A stretch of 64,000 nucleotides of DNA, from assembly GCA_963674705.1 (NCBI GenBank), contig OY771506.1, positions 768,001-832,000 on the forward strand. Direction: 5' to 3'. Each line of letters begins with the position of its first letter. Position 1 is the first letter of the stretch. A program made the position numbers and the translations under genes. This document shows positions 18,208 through 27,473 of the stretch, piece after piece. The notes under the pieces were generated by a model that was not told the DNA's origin, searched no databases, and saw nothing but the letters and a program-made list of their open reading frames with translations. The stretch is from Phycisphaeraceae bacterium. GTDB lineage: Bacteria; Planctomycetota; Phycisphaerae; Phycisphaerales; Phycisphaeraceae.

Positions 18208-20703
18208 ATGATCGAAACGAAAGAGACCAACAATATCGATCAGCCCGCGAAGGTTGGCGGCCGGTTATCTTTGTCCCATCGAAGAAAAGGAATCGGCACG
18301 GCTACTATCGCGATGATCTCCTCGCTGATCCTGATCGTAGCCGGTATCGCCTGCCTGGCACAGCAACTGCATCTCCGCCATTCGCTATACGTATCGCAAT
18401 CGACGCAAGCGGCGATCCAGGACTTCGGCGCGGACATTCAGGTCTATGCGCTGCAGTGTCGCCGGTACGAAAAAGACTACTTCCTGAATATCGACAATCC
18501 CGCGGTCAGAGCAGAGCATCTTCAGAAGTGGCATGACGCTTGGGACGGGATGTCCTTGCACTTCAGCAAACTTAAGCAGCAACAGCCATCTGGCAGACAA
18601 ATGATTGATATCCCGATTGATGATTGGGAAGAAGATGCGCAACAATACAAACAGGCGTTTCTTGGTGTCGTGGCGGATATCGACAACAAACATATCACAA
18701 CGTCTGCACAGGCAAATGAAGCCCTAAACCAAAACAAGAATTCAATCAGGCGGATTATCAACGCTACGGATGAGGTCAAGGAAGAGGCCGAGCAGGCCAT
18801 CGAGGCTGAAAACAGCCGGTTGATGAGCGAATTCAGATTTACGATCGTACTGACGATGTGTCTGATGTTCGCCCCCGCGATCCTGATCATCATGGGTCAG
18901 TTTCTATACAATCGCCAGAAAGCCGCAATGCAGCAGAAGCTGGTTGAACAAAATGAAGCGCTGCAGAAGCAGGAAAACGAGAACTGCATGCTTGCCGCAA
19001 TCACCCGGATCACCGACAAGAGCGTGGTCGTATGCAATACGGATCACCAAATCGTCTGGGTAAACGACAGCTTTTACCAGATGCACGGCCTGACGACAGA
19101 ACAAACCATCGGCTTGCCCATTAACACTGTTATGGGAAACACACCAGCACAAGTCGATGCTGTTAATCAAATTGGAGAAGAGCTTGCCAAAGGCAAGAAT
19201 GTGACGACCGTTCTGGAGTTCCATAACGCCGCCGGCAAACAGTATTGGATTGACCTGGAAGCGCGTCCGATCCACGGCAGGCACAATGAAGTCACCGGCT
19301 ATGTCGCGATCCAAAAGGATATCACGGAACAGAAATACAACGAAAACACCCTGTACAACGCCGCTCGCAGCGATCGACTCACCTCTCTACCGAACCGCAC
19401 CGCAATTAATGAGCAGCTCAAGCAAGCGATCGAGCATGCTCAACAGGGAACAGACGGTCGCTTTGCGTTGCTCTTCCTCGACTTCGACCGTTTCAAGATC
19501 ATCAACGACAGCCTGGGCCATGACATCGGCGACATGCTATTGATCGAGATCGCCAATCGCCTGCGTGCCTACATCCGTGCCTGCGATGCTGAAGAATCCT
19601 GGACCCCGGCACGCCTGGGCGGTGATGAATTTGTCCTGCTGATGCACGGGGTCAATTCGATGGATACAGCCAAAACACACGCCAATCAGTTGCTGGAAAC
19701 GCTCGCGGACTGCTACAACCTTGCAGGTAATGAGGTGCGCAGCACCGCGAGTATCGGGATCGTCCTGGCGGATGAACATTACCATCGTGCCGAGGACGTG
19801 ATCCGCGACGCAGATACGGCGATGTACCGTGCCAAAGCCGGAGGCAAGGCCCGCGCCGTTCCGTTCGACCGTGAGATGCTCAACGCCGTCCAGGCCCGGC
19901 AGAAACTCGAGACCGACCTGCATCACGCCGTCAAACGCAATGAACTGACGCTCGAATACCAGCCGATCGTCTCACTGAATACCGGCGTCGTCCACGGATT
20001 CGAGGCCCTGGTCCGGTGGGACCACACGCATCTGGGGCGGGTTAAACCCAACGAGTTCATCTTCATCGCCGAAGAGACCGGCCTGATCATCAACATCGGC
20101 AACTGGGTGCTGAAAAACGCCTGTAAACAACTCACACAATGGCGGCGGCAGTACCCGGACGTCGCGTGGTCCATGAGTGTCAACGTCTCGGGTAATCAAT
20201 TGATGCATCCCAAGGTGATAGATGACATCCGCTCCGCGATCGAGGAATCCGGCGCTCAGCCGCAGTGGATACAGCTGGAAATCAGCGAGGCCGCAATCTC
20301 GCGAGACCTCAAGGTCGCCAAGAACGTGCTCAATCAGCTCAAGATGATCGGCGTCAAGATCGTTATGGACGACTTCGGTGAAGGCCAATCCTCCCTGCAC
20401 TTCCTCCAGGAACTGCCGCTTGACATGCTCAAGATCGATAAATCCTTCGTCGGCAATCTTGAGACCAACATGGTCTACCCCGCGCTGATCCAGTCGATCG
20501 CCACCCTCTCACACAACTTGGGTATCGAACTGGTCGCCGAAGGCATCGAATCGCCCAACCAGGTCGCCCACCTGCAGGCGCTGGATTGCGAACTGGCACA
20601 GGGCTACCTGTTTGCCCGTCCCATGACGGCAGAGAAGTGCATCGAATACATCAACCAGTCAGCCGACAAAACTATCTTGCCCACGCTCAGAAGGTCGGCA
20701 TGA
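18208..20703 (+). CDS. Membrane sensor diguanylate cyclase/phosphodiesterase (periplasmic helical domain, PAS, GGDEF, EAL)
   Basis: Two TM helices around RRYEKDYFL; PAS ending DITEQK; RLGGDEF; FEALVRW; DDFG..SS; KIDKSF; AEGIE; QGYLF. Confidence 0.93.
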   Translation: MIETKETNNIDQPAKVGGRLSLSHRRKGIGTATIAMISSLILIVAGIACLAQQLHLRHSLYVSQSTQAAIQDFGADIQVYALQCRRYEKDYFLNIDNPAVRAEHLQKWHDAWDGMSLHFSKLKQQQPSGRQMIDIPIDDWEEDAQQYKQAFLGVVADIDNKHITTSAQANEALNQNKNSIRRIINATDEVKEEAEQAIEAENSRLMSEFRFTIVLTMCLMFAPAILIIMGQFLYNRQKAAMQQKLVEQNEALQKQENENCMLAAITRITDKSVVVCNTDHQIVWVNDSFYQMHGLTTEQTIGLPINTVMGNTPAQVDAVNQIGEELAKGKNVTTVLEFHNAAGKQYWIDLEARPIHGRHNEVTGYVAIQKDITEQKYNENTLYNAARSDRLTSLPNRTAINEQLKQAIEHAQQGTDGRFALLFLDFDRFKIINDSLGHDIGDMLLIEIANRLRAYIRACDAEESWTPARLGGDEFVLLMHGVNSMDTAKTHANQLLETLADCYNLAGNEVRSTASIGIVLADEHYHRAEDVIRDADTAMYRAKAGGKARAVPFDREMLNAVQARQKLETDLHHAVKRNELTLEYQPIVSLNTGVVHGFEALVRWDHTHLGRVKPNEFIFIAEETGLIINIGNWVLKNACKQLTQWRRQYPDVAWSMSVNVSGNQLMHPKVIDDIRSAIEESGAQPQWIQLEISEAAISRDLKVAKNVLNQLKMIGVKIVMDDFGEGQSSLHFLQELPLDMLKIDKSFVGNLETNMVYPALIQSIATLSHNLGIELVAEGIESPNQVAHLQALDCELAQGYLFARPMTAEKCIEYINQSADKTILPTLRRSA

Positions 20704-20722
20704 GCCGTTGTTTCTGAACTCA

Positions 20723-21277
20723 TTACATGCGAAATAGTGCGTGGCTCACGTAGGCGTTAAACACCTCAAACGCAAAAAGCAGAACGCATATGGGGATCAG
20801 CCACTTTTTACCGCGCCGGCCCAGCAAAACTCCAAAGACGAGAAACATCAGCGTGAATAAACCGGCGACCCCAAAGAAGGCGTACTCCTGAAGCAGCTTG
20901 TCCAGCCCTGTTAAAAATGATATCCAGACCGAAGCGTATAGACCCGGCAACACAGGAAACGCTTTCACCCATATGCCTCGATACGTCCCCCACGGGTAAT
21001 CGATCCAGAACACCCATGTGTTCGGCAGATATATTGCCAGCGAGACGCACGTGATCGTTAACCACCACGGTAGCCGTCGCCACAGCTTGACCGGCTTCAG
21101 TGTTGCCGGATCAAATGCTTTCCCACATTCCGGACACCTTGTTTCGGTCGTGCCCGTCAAGTCATATCCACAAGTTGGACAGCCCTTGCCCGCAAAAGGC
21201 ATCTGTGCATTCTCTGACTTCCCGGTTGCTTGAGGCATCTTTTCGTGCTCCCGGGGCATTGTACAAACCAACCTCAA
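20723..21277 (-). CDS. Zinc-ribbon membrane protein (hypothetical)
   Basis: CPTCGYDLTGTTETRCPECG followed by about four hydrophobic helices; start uncertain. Confidence 0.7.
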   Translation of the reverse strand: MRLVCTMPREHEKMPQATGKSENAQMPFAGKGCPTCGYDLTGTTETRCPECGKAFDPATLKPVKLWRRLPWWLTITCVSLAIYLPNTWVFWIDYPWGTYRGIWVKAFPVLPGLYASVWISFLTGLDKLLQEYAFFGVAGLFTLMFLVFGVLLGRRGKKWLIPICVLLFAFEVFNAYVSHALFRM

Positions 21278-21374
21278 AGATTATTGATGGAATAATCCTG
21301 CCCGCTGCTGGGTAGGAATACTGCGTGCGGCACAGGGCCGTGCCGATCCAGGCCACGAGGTGGGACCGCTAGCC

Positions 21375-23654
21375 GTGAATCCGATCGCCCGATATACGCA
21401 TTGGCTGCACTCACGCTGGCCCGCCGGGCACGTGGAAAAGCTGCCCGTGGTCAATCCCGACGGCTCCACCGCCGTGCCGGGGCTGTATGTGGTGGGCGAT
21501 ATCACGGGCATCCCCCTGCTGAAGTTCTCTTCGGATACCGGCGCACGCGCGGTCCAAACCATCCTCGCTGATCCGTCTTTCCAAAAACGCAAGGTCAAAC
21601 AAATTGACCCCGAGGTACTCGACCTCGTCATCATCGGTGCGGGTGTTTCCGGCGTCGCCGCCGCCATCGAGGCGCGTAAAAACAACCTGTCATTCGAGCT
21701 GCTCGAAGCCTCCGAAGCTTTCTCCACGATCGTCAACTTCCCCAAGCGCAAACCCATCTACACCTATCCAACCGACATGACCCCCGCCGGGGAATTGCAA
21801 TTCGGTGAAAAGTCCGCGGTCAAGGAAGGCCTCGTCGAAGAGCTGCACGGCTACCTCGATCAATACAACATCCAACCCAGACACATGCGCGTCGAGCGCG
21901 TCGCACGCAAATCCGGCCTGCTTGAAGTCATCAACCCGGACGGCGAAAGCCTGCTCGCGCACCGCGTTATCATCGCTATCGGCCGATCGGGAAACTTCCG
22001 CAAACTCAACGTTCCCGGAGAAGACAAAGACAAAGTCTACAACCGCCTGCACGATCCGAAAGACTATTGCGGACAAAACGTGCTCATCGTCGGCGGCGGT
22101 GACTCCGCGCTCGAAACAGCGATCGCGCTGGGCGCCTGCGGCTGCAACGTCACGCTCAGCTACCGCAAGCCGCAGTTCAGCCGCCCAAAACCGGAAAACA
22201 TCGAGCAGATCAGCAAGCAATCCATCAACCTCATGATGGCAAGCCGTGTCAAGGAGATCCGTGATAACGAAGTCGTCATCACTGACTCCGATGGCAACGA
22301 TCGTACTATTCCCAATGATTCGGTCTTCACCATGATCGGCAGGGAGGCCCCACTCGACTTCTTCCGCCGCTCCGGCGTACCGATCCACGGTGAACGCAAC
22401 GCCAAGTGGTGGATCAGCCTCGTGCTCGTGCTCACGCTATTCACCTTCATCTACCACTGGAAAAAACCCGGCGCAGGCATCCCCATCGGCGACTACTTCG
22501 CCAACCACCAGCTATTCCCCTACCAGGTCCCGCAGTGGATGGCAGGCATTAGCGCCGCCTTCGCCAATCCCGCCAACATCCTCGGCACGCTCAACAACTC
22601 ACTTGGCTCGCCGGGCTTTTACTATTCGCTCGCGTACTGCATCATCATGCTTATCTTCGGCATCCGCCGAATCAAGCGTCGCAAGACGCCTTACGTCACC
22701 GCACAAACATGGACCCTGCTTGCGGTGCAATGGTTGCCGTTGTTCATCCTGCCCTACATCCTTTTGCCTTGGATGGGCAACAACGGCTGGTTTGATGGCG
22801 GCGCACTCGGATGGCTTGCCGACCAACTTTTCCCACGCGTCGATTGGGACCCGAACGGGCGTGCTTACTATCACGCTTTCGGCTTCATCCTTGCCTGGCC
22901 GTTGTTCGTCTGGAACGTCTTCACCGAACAACCCATGTGGCTCTGGCTTGCAATCAGCTTCCTGCAAACGTTCGTCATCATCCCGCTGATGGTCTGGCGC
23001 TGGGGCAAGGGCGCATACTGCGGGTGGATCTGCTCCTGCGGCGGCATGGCGGAAACACTCGGCGACACACATAGACAGAAGATGCCGCACGGACCCGTAT
23101 GGAACCGCCTGAATATGATCGGCCAGGTCTTCCTCGCTGCGTGTTTGCTACTGCTCCTGCTACGCATCGGCGCATGGTTGCTGCCCGGCTCATTCATCAG
23201 CGCTGCCTATTACGGCATCCTCAAGAGCATTCCCGTCCTTAACTACACGTGGTTCATTGATCTGCTATTCGCGGGCATCATCGGCTTCGGGCTCTACTTC
23301 CACTTCTCCGGCCGGGTGTGGTGCCGATTCGCCTGTCCACTCGCCGCATTGATGCACATCTACGCACGCTTCAGCCAGTTCCGCATCGTCGCGGATAAGA
23401 AAAAGTGCATCTCGTGCAACGTCTGCACCAGCGTTTGCCATCAAGGCATCGACGTGATGAACTTCGCGAACAAAGGCAATCACATGGAAGACCCGGAATG
23501 CGTCCGCTGCTCAGCCTGCGTTCAAAGCTGCCCGACCGGTGTGCTCAGCTTCGGCCGCATCAATCGCAAGACCGGCAACATCATCGCCCTTGACAAACTC
23601 CAAGCCTCCCCCGTACGCATGGCCGAACTAACAATCAACGGACATACTATCTAG
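21375..23654 (+). CDS. FAD/NAD(P)H oxidoreductase (TrxR/YpdA-like, permuted) fused to a polytopic membrane 4Fe-4S ferredoxin domain
   Basis: IIGAGVSG, VGGGDSALE, N-terminal TAVPGLYVVGD; multiple TM helices; CGWICSCG, CRFACP, CISCNVCTSVC, CVRCSACVQSCP. Confidence 0.85.
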   Translation: MNPIARYTHWLHSRWPAGHVEKLPVVNPDGSTAVPGLYVVGDITGIPLLKFSSDTGARAVQTILADPSFQKRKVKQIDPEVLDLVIIGAGVSGVAAAIEARKNNLSFELLEASEAFSTIVNFPKRKPIYTYPTDMTPAGELQFGEKSAVKEGLVEELHGYLDQYNIQPRHMRVERVARKSGLLEVINPDGESLLAHRVIIAIGRSGNFRKLNVPGEDKDKVYNRLHDPKDYCGQNVLIVGGGDSALETAIALGACGCNVTLSYRKPQFSRPKPENIEQISKQSINLMMASRVKEIRDNEVVITDSDGNDRTIPNDSVFTMIGREAPLDFFRRSGVPIHGERNAKWWISLVLVLTLFTFIYHWKKPGAGIPIGDYFANHQLFPYQVPQWMAGISAAFANPANILGTLNNSLGSPGFYYSLAYCIIMLIFGIRRIKRRKTPYVTAQTWTLLAVQWLPLFILPYILLPWMGNNGWFDGGALGWLADQLFPRVDWDPNGRAYYHAFGFILAWPLFVWNVFTEQPMWLWLAISFLQTFVIIPLMVWRWGKGAYCGWICSCGGMAETLGDTHRQKMPHGPVWNRLNMIGQVFLAACLLLLLLRIGAWLLPGSFISAAYYGILKSIPVLNYTWFIDLLFAGIIGFGLYFHFSGRVWCRFACPLAALMHIYARFSQFRIVADKKKCISCNVCTSVCHQGIDVMNFANKGNHMEDPECVRCSACVQSCPTGVLSFGRINRKTGNIIALDKLQASPVRMAELTINGHTI

Positions 23655-23670
23655 TAAACAAAATACTTAC

Positions 23671-23707
23671 CCCCCCTCTCCCCCCGGAGAGGGCCGGGGT
23701 GAGGGCC
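23671..23707 (+). repeat. Family B palindromic repeat copy
   Basis: CCCCCCTCTCCCCCCGGAGAGGGCCGGGGTGAGGGCC. Confidence 0.85.
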
Positions 23708-23764
23708 AAAGACTTTACGTCTTCTATAAAACCAACACCCACCGATCACAATAAAAGGCACCCC

Positions 23765-24565
23765 ATGAACCCCCACCTAACCAAAATCCTCATCCTCCTT
23801 CTCCTGCTAACCTCCCCAACCTTCGCCCAAGAACAATCCAAGTTCCACAAACACTTCGCCGACTCCATCGCCACTGCCCATGGCATCAAAGCCTACGCCA
23901 AACAAAAAGCCCTCCAAGCCAACATCACCGTCACCTTCGGTGACAACACGACCAAAACCGTCACCACCTTCGATACACCCGTCGGAAAATCACACATTAA
24001 AACCGATGACGGCATCATCATGGTCCTCGATGGTAAGGACGCATGGGTCGCCCCAGCCGATGCGGATATCCCGCCCGGCCGTGCACGATTCATGCTGCTG
24101 ACCTGGCCCTACTTCATCGCCGCACCGTTCAAACTCGCAGACCCCGGCACGTCGATCACCGACCAAGGCAAACAACCGCTCGATGCACACCGTATCTATC
24201 CCGCCGGCAAACTCACCTTCGACGAAAACGTAGGTGACTCGCCCGACGACTGGTATATCCTCTACCGCAATCCCGACAACGACCGGCTCGCCGCCATGGC
24301 ATACATCGTGACCTATGGCAAATCGTCCGACGATCCTGGAAATTCGCCGCACATGGTCGTCTACGATACGTATGAAAAAGTGGACGGCGTCACACTCCCG
24401 ACGCGCATGAGCTTCTGGAACTGGGACCCCGCCATGGGTAAGATCGGCGAGCAGATCGGTGAAGTGACGGTAACCGACTACCAATTTGTCGAGCCGGATG
24501 AAGATTTGTTCACAAAACCCGAAGGTGCACGCATCGATGCCATGCCTTCAGAACACGAGGGGTAA
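23765..24565 (+). CDS. Secreted/periplasmic hypothetical protein (DUF6503-like)
   Basis: Signal peptide MNPHLTKILILLLLLTSPTFA|Q; AHG, WPYF..PFKLADPG, GDSPDDWY motifs. Confidence 0.7.
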   Translation: MNPHLTKILILLLLLTSPTFAQEQSKFHKHFADSIATAHGIKAYAKQKALQANITVTFGDNTTKTVTTFDTPVGKSHIKTDDGIIMVLDGKDAWVAPADADIPPGRARFMLLTWPYFIAAPFKLADPGTSITDQGKQPLDAHRIYPAGKLTFDENVGDSPDDWYILYRNPDNDRLAAMAYIVTYGKSSDDPGNSPHMVVYDTYEKVDGVTLPTRMSFWNWDPAMGKIGEQIGEVTVTDYQFVEPDEDLFTKPEGARIDAMPSEHEG

Positions 24566-24571
24566 CACACC

Positions 24572-25882
24572 ATGAGTAGCGACCGGGATGATGGCAACGG
24601 GACCCTTTTCGCCGACGCGATCGGCCGACTCGATGAAGCAGGCAATATCGCCGGGCTCGAACCCGAGGTTGTTCAACTGTTGCGTCATCCCAAGGCCGTA
24701 CTGCAGGTCTCCATCCCCGTGCGGATGGACGACGGCTCGTTGCGCGTCTTCAAAGGCTACCGCGTCCGACATAACAACCACCGCGGCCCGACAAAAGGCG
24801 GTATCCGCTACCACCCCAACGTCAGCCTCGATGAAGTTAAAGCACTCGCCTTCTGGATGACATGTAAGTGCGCCGTCGTCGGCATCCCCTACGGCGGAGC
24901 CAAGGGTGGCATCATCGTCGACCCACGCGAGCTTTCACACATGGAGCTTGAGCGCCTGTCGCGCGGCTTCATCGAAGAAGCCGCCAACTTCATCGGCCCC
25001 GATGTCGATATCCCCGCGCCTGATGTCTACACCAACGCCCGCATCATGGGCTGGATGATGGACGAGTATTCCAAGATCAAACGCCAGTACAGCCCCGCCG
25101 TTATCACCGGCAAACCTATCCCGCTCGGGGGCAGCCTCGGTCGAGACGACGCCACCGGGCGCGGCGCTTACTACTGCATCAAGGAATTGGAAAAGAAAAA
25201 ACATTGGAAGCCCTCTGACATCACCGTTGCCGTCCAAGGCTTCGGCAATGCCGGGCAACACGTAGCCAAACTCCTGCACGCCGATGGTTACCGGATCGTC
25301 GCCGTCAGCGACTCCAAGGGCGGCATCTACAAACCCGAAGGCTTCGACGTCCCCAGCCTGATCCAGTTCAAGAACGAATCCCGCAAACTCAAAGCCGTCT
25401 ACTGCGACGGATCGCTTTGCGAAGCCATCGACGCCGACACGATCACCAACGAAGAATTGCTTGAACTCGATGTGGATCTGCTCATCCCCGCCGCGTTGGA
25501 AAACCAGATCACCGAAAACAACGTCAACAACATCATGGCCAAAACGATCGTCGAAGTCGCCAACGGCCCGACCACATCCGCAGCCGACAAAATCCTCGCA
25601 AAGCGTGACACGCTCGTCATCCCGGACATCCTCGCCAACGCCGGCGGCGTCACCGTCAGTTACTTCGAATGGGTCCAGAACCGCGAAGGTTTCTACTGGC
25701 CTGTCGAGGATGTGCACGACCGGCTCAGCAAGATCATGCGAGACTCGTTCAACGCCGTCTACGACATGATGGAAGACCACAAGACCGACATGCGCACCGC
25801 CGCTTATGCCCACGCCCTGAAGCGCATCGGCGAGGCCGTTGAAGCCGGCGGCACCCAACGCTACTTCAAAGAACCTAATTAA
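24572..25882 (+). CDS. gdhA: Glutamate dehydrogenase (Glu/Leu/Phe/Val family)
   Basis: RGPTKGGIRYHP, GGAKGG, DIPAPD, QGFGNAG, ANAGGVTVSYFEW. Confidence 0.93.
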   Translation: MSSDRDDGNGTLFADAIGRLDEAGNIAGLEPEVVQLLRHPKAVLQVSIPVRMDDGSLRVFKGYRVRHNNHRGPTKGGIRYHPNVSLDEVKALAFWMTCKCAVVGIPYGGAKGGIIVDPRELSHMELERLSRGFIEEAANFIGPDVDIPAPDVYTNARIMGWMMDEYSKIKRQYSPAVITGKPIPLGGSLGRDDATGRGAYYCIKELEKKKHWKPSDITVAVQGFGNAGQHVAKLLHADGYRIVAVSDSKGGIYKPEGFDVPSLIQFKNESRKLKAVYCDGSLCEAIDADTITNEELLELDVDLLIPAALENQITENNVNNIMAKTIVEVANGPTTSAADKILAKRDTLVIPDILANAGGVTVSYFEWVQNREGFYWPVEDVHDRLSKIMRDSFNAVYDMMEDHKTDMRTAAYAHALKRIGEAVEAGGTQRYFKEPN

Positions 25883-25903
25883 CCGCACACCGCCTTCACC
25901 CCC

Positions 25904-25930
25904 AATAGCCCCGGGTGGAAGCCCGGGGTT
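25904..25930 (+). repeat. REP-like palindrome, family A copy 2
   Basis: TAG-CCCCGGG-TGGAAG-CCCGGGG hairpin; matches 15-40. Confidence 0.75.
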
Positions 25931-26078
25931 CACGGGGTTAAACCCCACGCCCCCGCATGAGGCTGGAGAATAAGTGCGATTTTCATATTTTGTGTAATCA
26001 ATTCAAGCGATCCACCGCACACCGAATATTCGCGTTAGAATGGATATTGAGCCATTAGCCCTTAGCACAGAAGTCGGG

Positions 26079-26113
26079 CCGAAACCCGATACCCGAATCC
26101 CGATACCCGACCC
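26079..26113 (+). repeat. Tandem heptamer repeat (CCGAnnC x5)
   Basis: CCGAAAC CCGATAC CCGAATC CCGATAC CCGACCC. Confidence 0.75.
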
Positions 26114-26117
26114 GCCG

Positions 26118-26990
26118 ATGTCTACACCCCAACCGCTTCAATTCGACAATCTGCCCAAGATGCCCGGATCGCGCATGGTCCTCGCACTCGATGGCTGGAT
26201 GGATGGCGGCGAGGTCTCGACCGGTACCGTCGGCTGGCTTATCGATCAACTCGGCGCAACCGAAGTCGCACAGCTCGACCCCGACCCGTTCTACCTGCTC
26301 AACTTCCCCGGCTCGATGGAAGTCACCGCCATGTTCAGACCGCATGTCGATGTGCAGAACGGCGAAGTCTATGACTACCAGGAACCGGTCAACGTCTTCT
26401 ACGCCGCGCCCGAGCACAACCTCGTCTTCTTCCAGGGCGAAGAACCCAACATCGCCTGGCAGCTCTACACCGACTGCGTCTTCCACCTCGCCAAAGAGAT
26501 CGGCGTCGAAACCGTCTACTTCATCGGCAGCTTCGGCGGGATGGTCCCCCACACCCGCGAGCCGCGCCTCTTCGCCAGCGTCTCCGACCGCAAGATGAAG
26601 CCCGGCCTCGAATCGCTCGGCATCAAGTTCAGCGACTACGAGGGTCCCGCCAGCGTCGCCACTCACCTGCTGACGCGCGCCGAAGAAAACGCCCTGACCA
26701 TGGCCAACCTCTCCGTCGAAATCCCCGCCTACATCGAAGGCCTCAATGCCAAAAGCATTGAAGCCGTCGCCCGAAAACTCACCGCCCTGCTCGACCTGAA
26801 CCTCAACTTCGAAAAACTCCGCAAAACCAGCGACCTCTGGGAAGCCAAACTCAACAAGGCCGTCGCCAAAAAAGAAGAGCTCGCCGAACACATTGAGCGC
26901 CTCGAAGAAGACTACGACCACGAAGTCTTCGACACCCAGATGGACGACCTGAAGGACTTCCTCAAGAAGCAGGGTGTGCGGGTGGATTGA
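26118..26990 (+). CDS. PAC2 family (proteasome assembly chaperone-like) protein
   Basis: LDGWMDGG, EEPN..W, VPHTR, YEGP, coiled C-terminus ending LEEDYD...DDLKDFLK. Confidence 0.8.
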   Translation: MSTPQPLQFDNLPKMPGSRMVLALDGWMDGGEVSTGTVGWLIDQLGATEVAQLDPDPFYLLNFPGSMEVTAMFRPHVDVQNGEVYDYQEPVNVFYAAPEHNLVFFQGEEPNIAWQLYTDCVFHLAKEIGVETVYFIGSFGGMVPHTREPRLFASVSDRKMKPGLESLGIKFSDYEGPASVATHLLTRAEENALTMANLSVEIPAYIEGLNAKSIEAVARKLTALLDLNLNFEKLRKTSDLWEAKLNKAVAKKEELAEHIERLEEDYDHEVFDTQMDDLKDFLKKQGVRVD

Positions 26991-27002
26991 ACATGTCTAT
27001 CT

Positions 27003-27335
27003 CTATTGGCTGTTACCCAACGTGCCCCACCCGTCTGAGTAGCCACCAAATGGCTTACTTAGCGTGTTCAATTCATCTTGCGCTGTCACCGCCGCGTCAT
27101 ATGTCAAAACTATTTCCTTGACGCAGATGACATCCCAATTTTCCATTTCGTCATCTTTGTACAACTCGGGGACATAACCGTGCAACCGAGCAACTTCGGC
27201 GAACTGTTGAGCCGTCGCTTCATCCGGCAGCACAACAGGAAAGTCCACTCTCATTGGCTGATCCATGTCATTCCCGCTCGATGCCACCCGGCGGAGGGCG
27301 TCACCATCAGCATCATTGGGATAGTCTTCAGGCAT
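27003..27335 (-). CDS. RraB-like domain protein
   Basis: DGDALRR...GNDMDQPMRVDF...FGGYSDGWGT, typical of RraB-family domains. Confidence 0.75.
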   Translation of the reverse strand: MPEDYPNDADGDALRRVASSGNDMDQPMRVDFPVVLPDEATAQQFAEVARLHGYVPELYKDDEMENWDVICVKEIVLTYDAAVTAQDELNTLSKPFGGYSDGWGTLGNSQ

Positions 27336-27377
27336 AATGGCTCTCGACAGGTCCCCCGGATAAACAACAGACTTGAA

Positions 27378-27449
27378 CAGGCCCACAGGGACTCGAACCC
27401 CGACTAAGTGAACCAGAATCACTCGTGCTACCGATTACACCATGGGCCT
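27378..27449 (-). tRNA. tRNA-Gln (anticodon CTG), CCA not encoded
   Basis: Cloverleaf: acceptor AGGCCCA/TGGGCCT, D arm GTG..CAC, anticodon arm AGTGA-TTCTGGT-TCACT, T arm CGGGG-TTCGAGT-CCCTG, discriminator G. Confidence 0.95.
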
Positions 27450-27473
27450 ATGGTGAGTATCCAGCCCCTGATG

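Noticed and set aside
24935..26921. Long antisense ORFs opposite gdhA and PAC2 (similar ones oppose pgk, coxI and coxII)
   Set aside because: They mirror well-supported genes codon for codon; expected from high-GC codon bias; no motifs
26991..27449. Integrative element at tRNA-Gln
   Set aside because: No integrase and no convincing duplication of the tRNA 3' end
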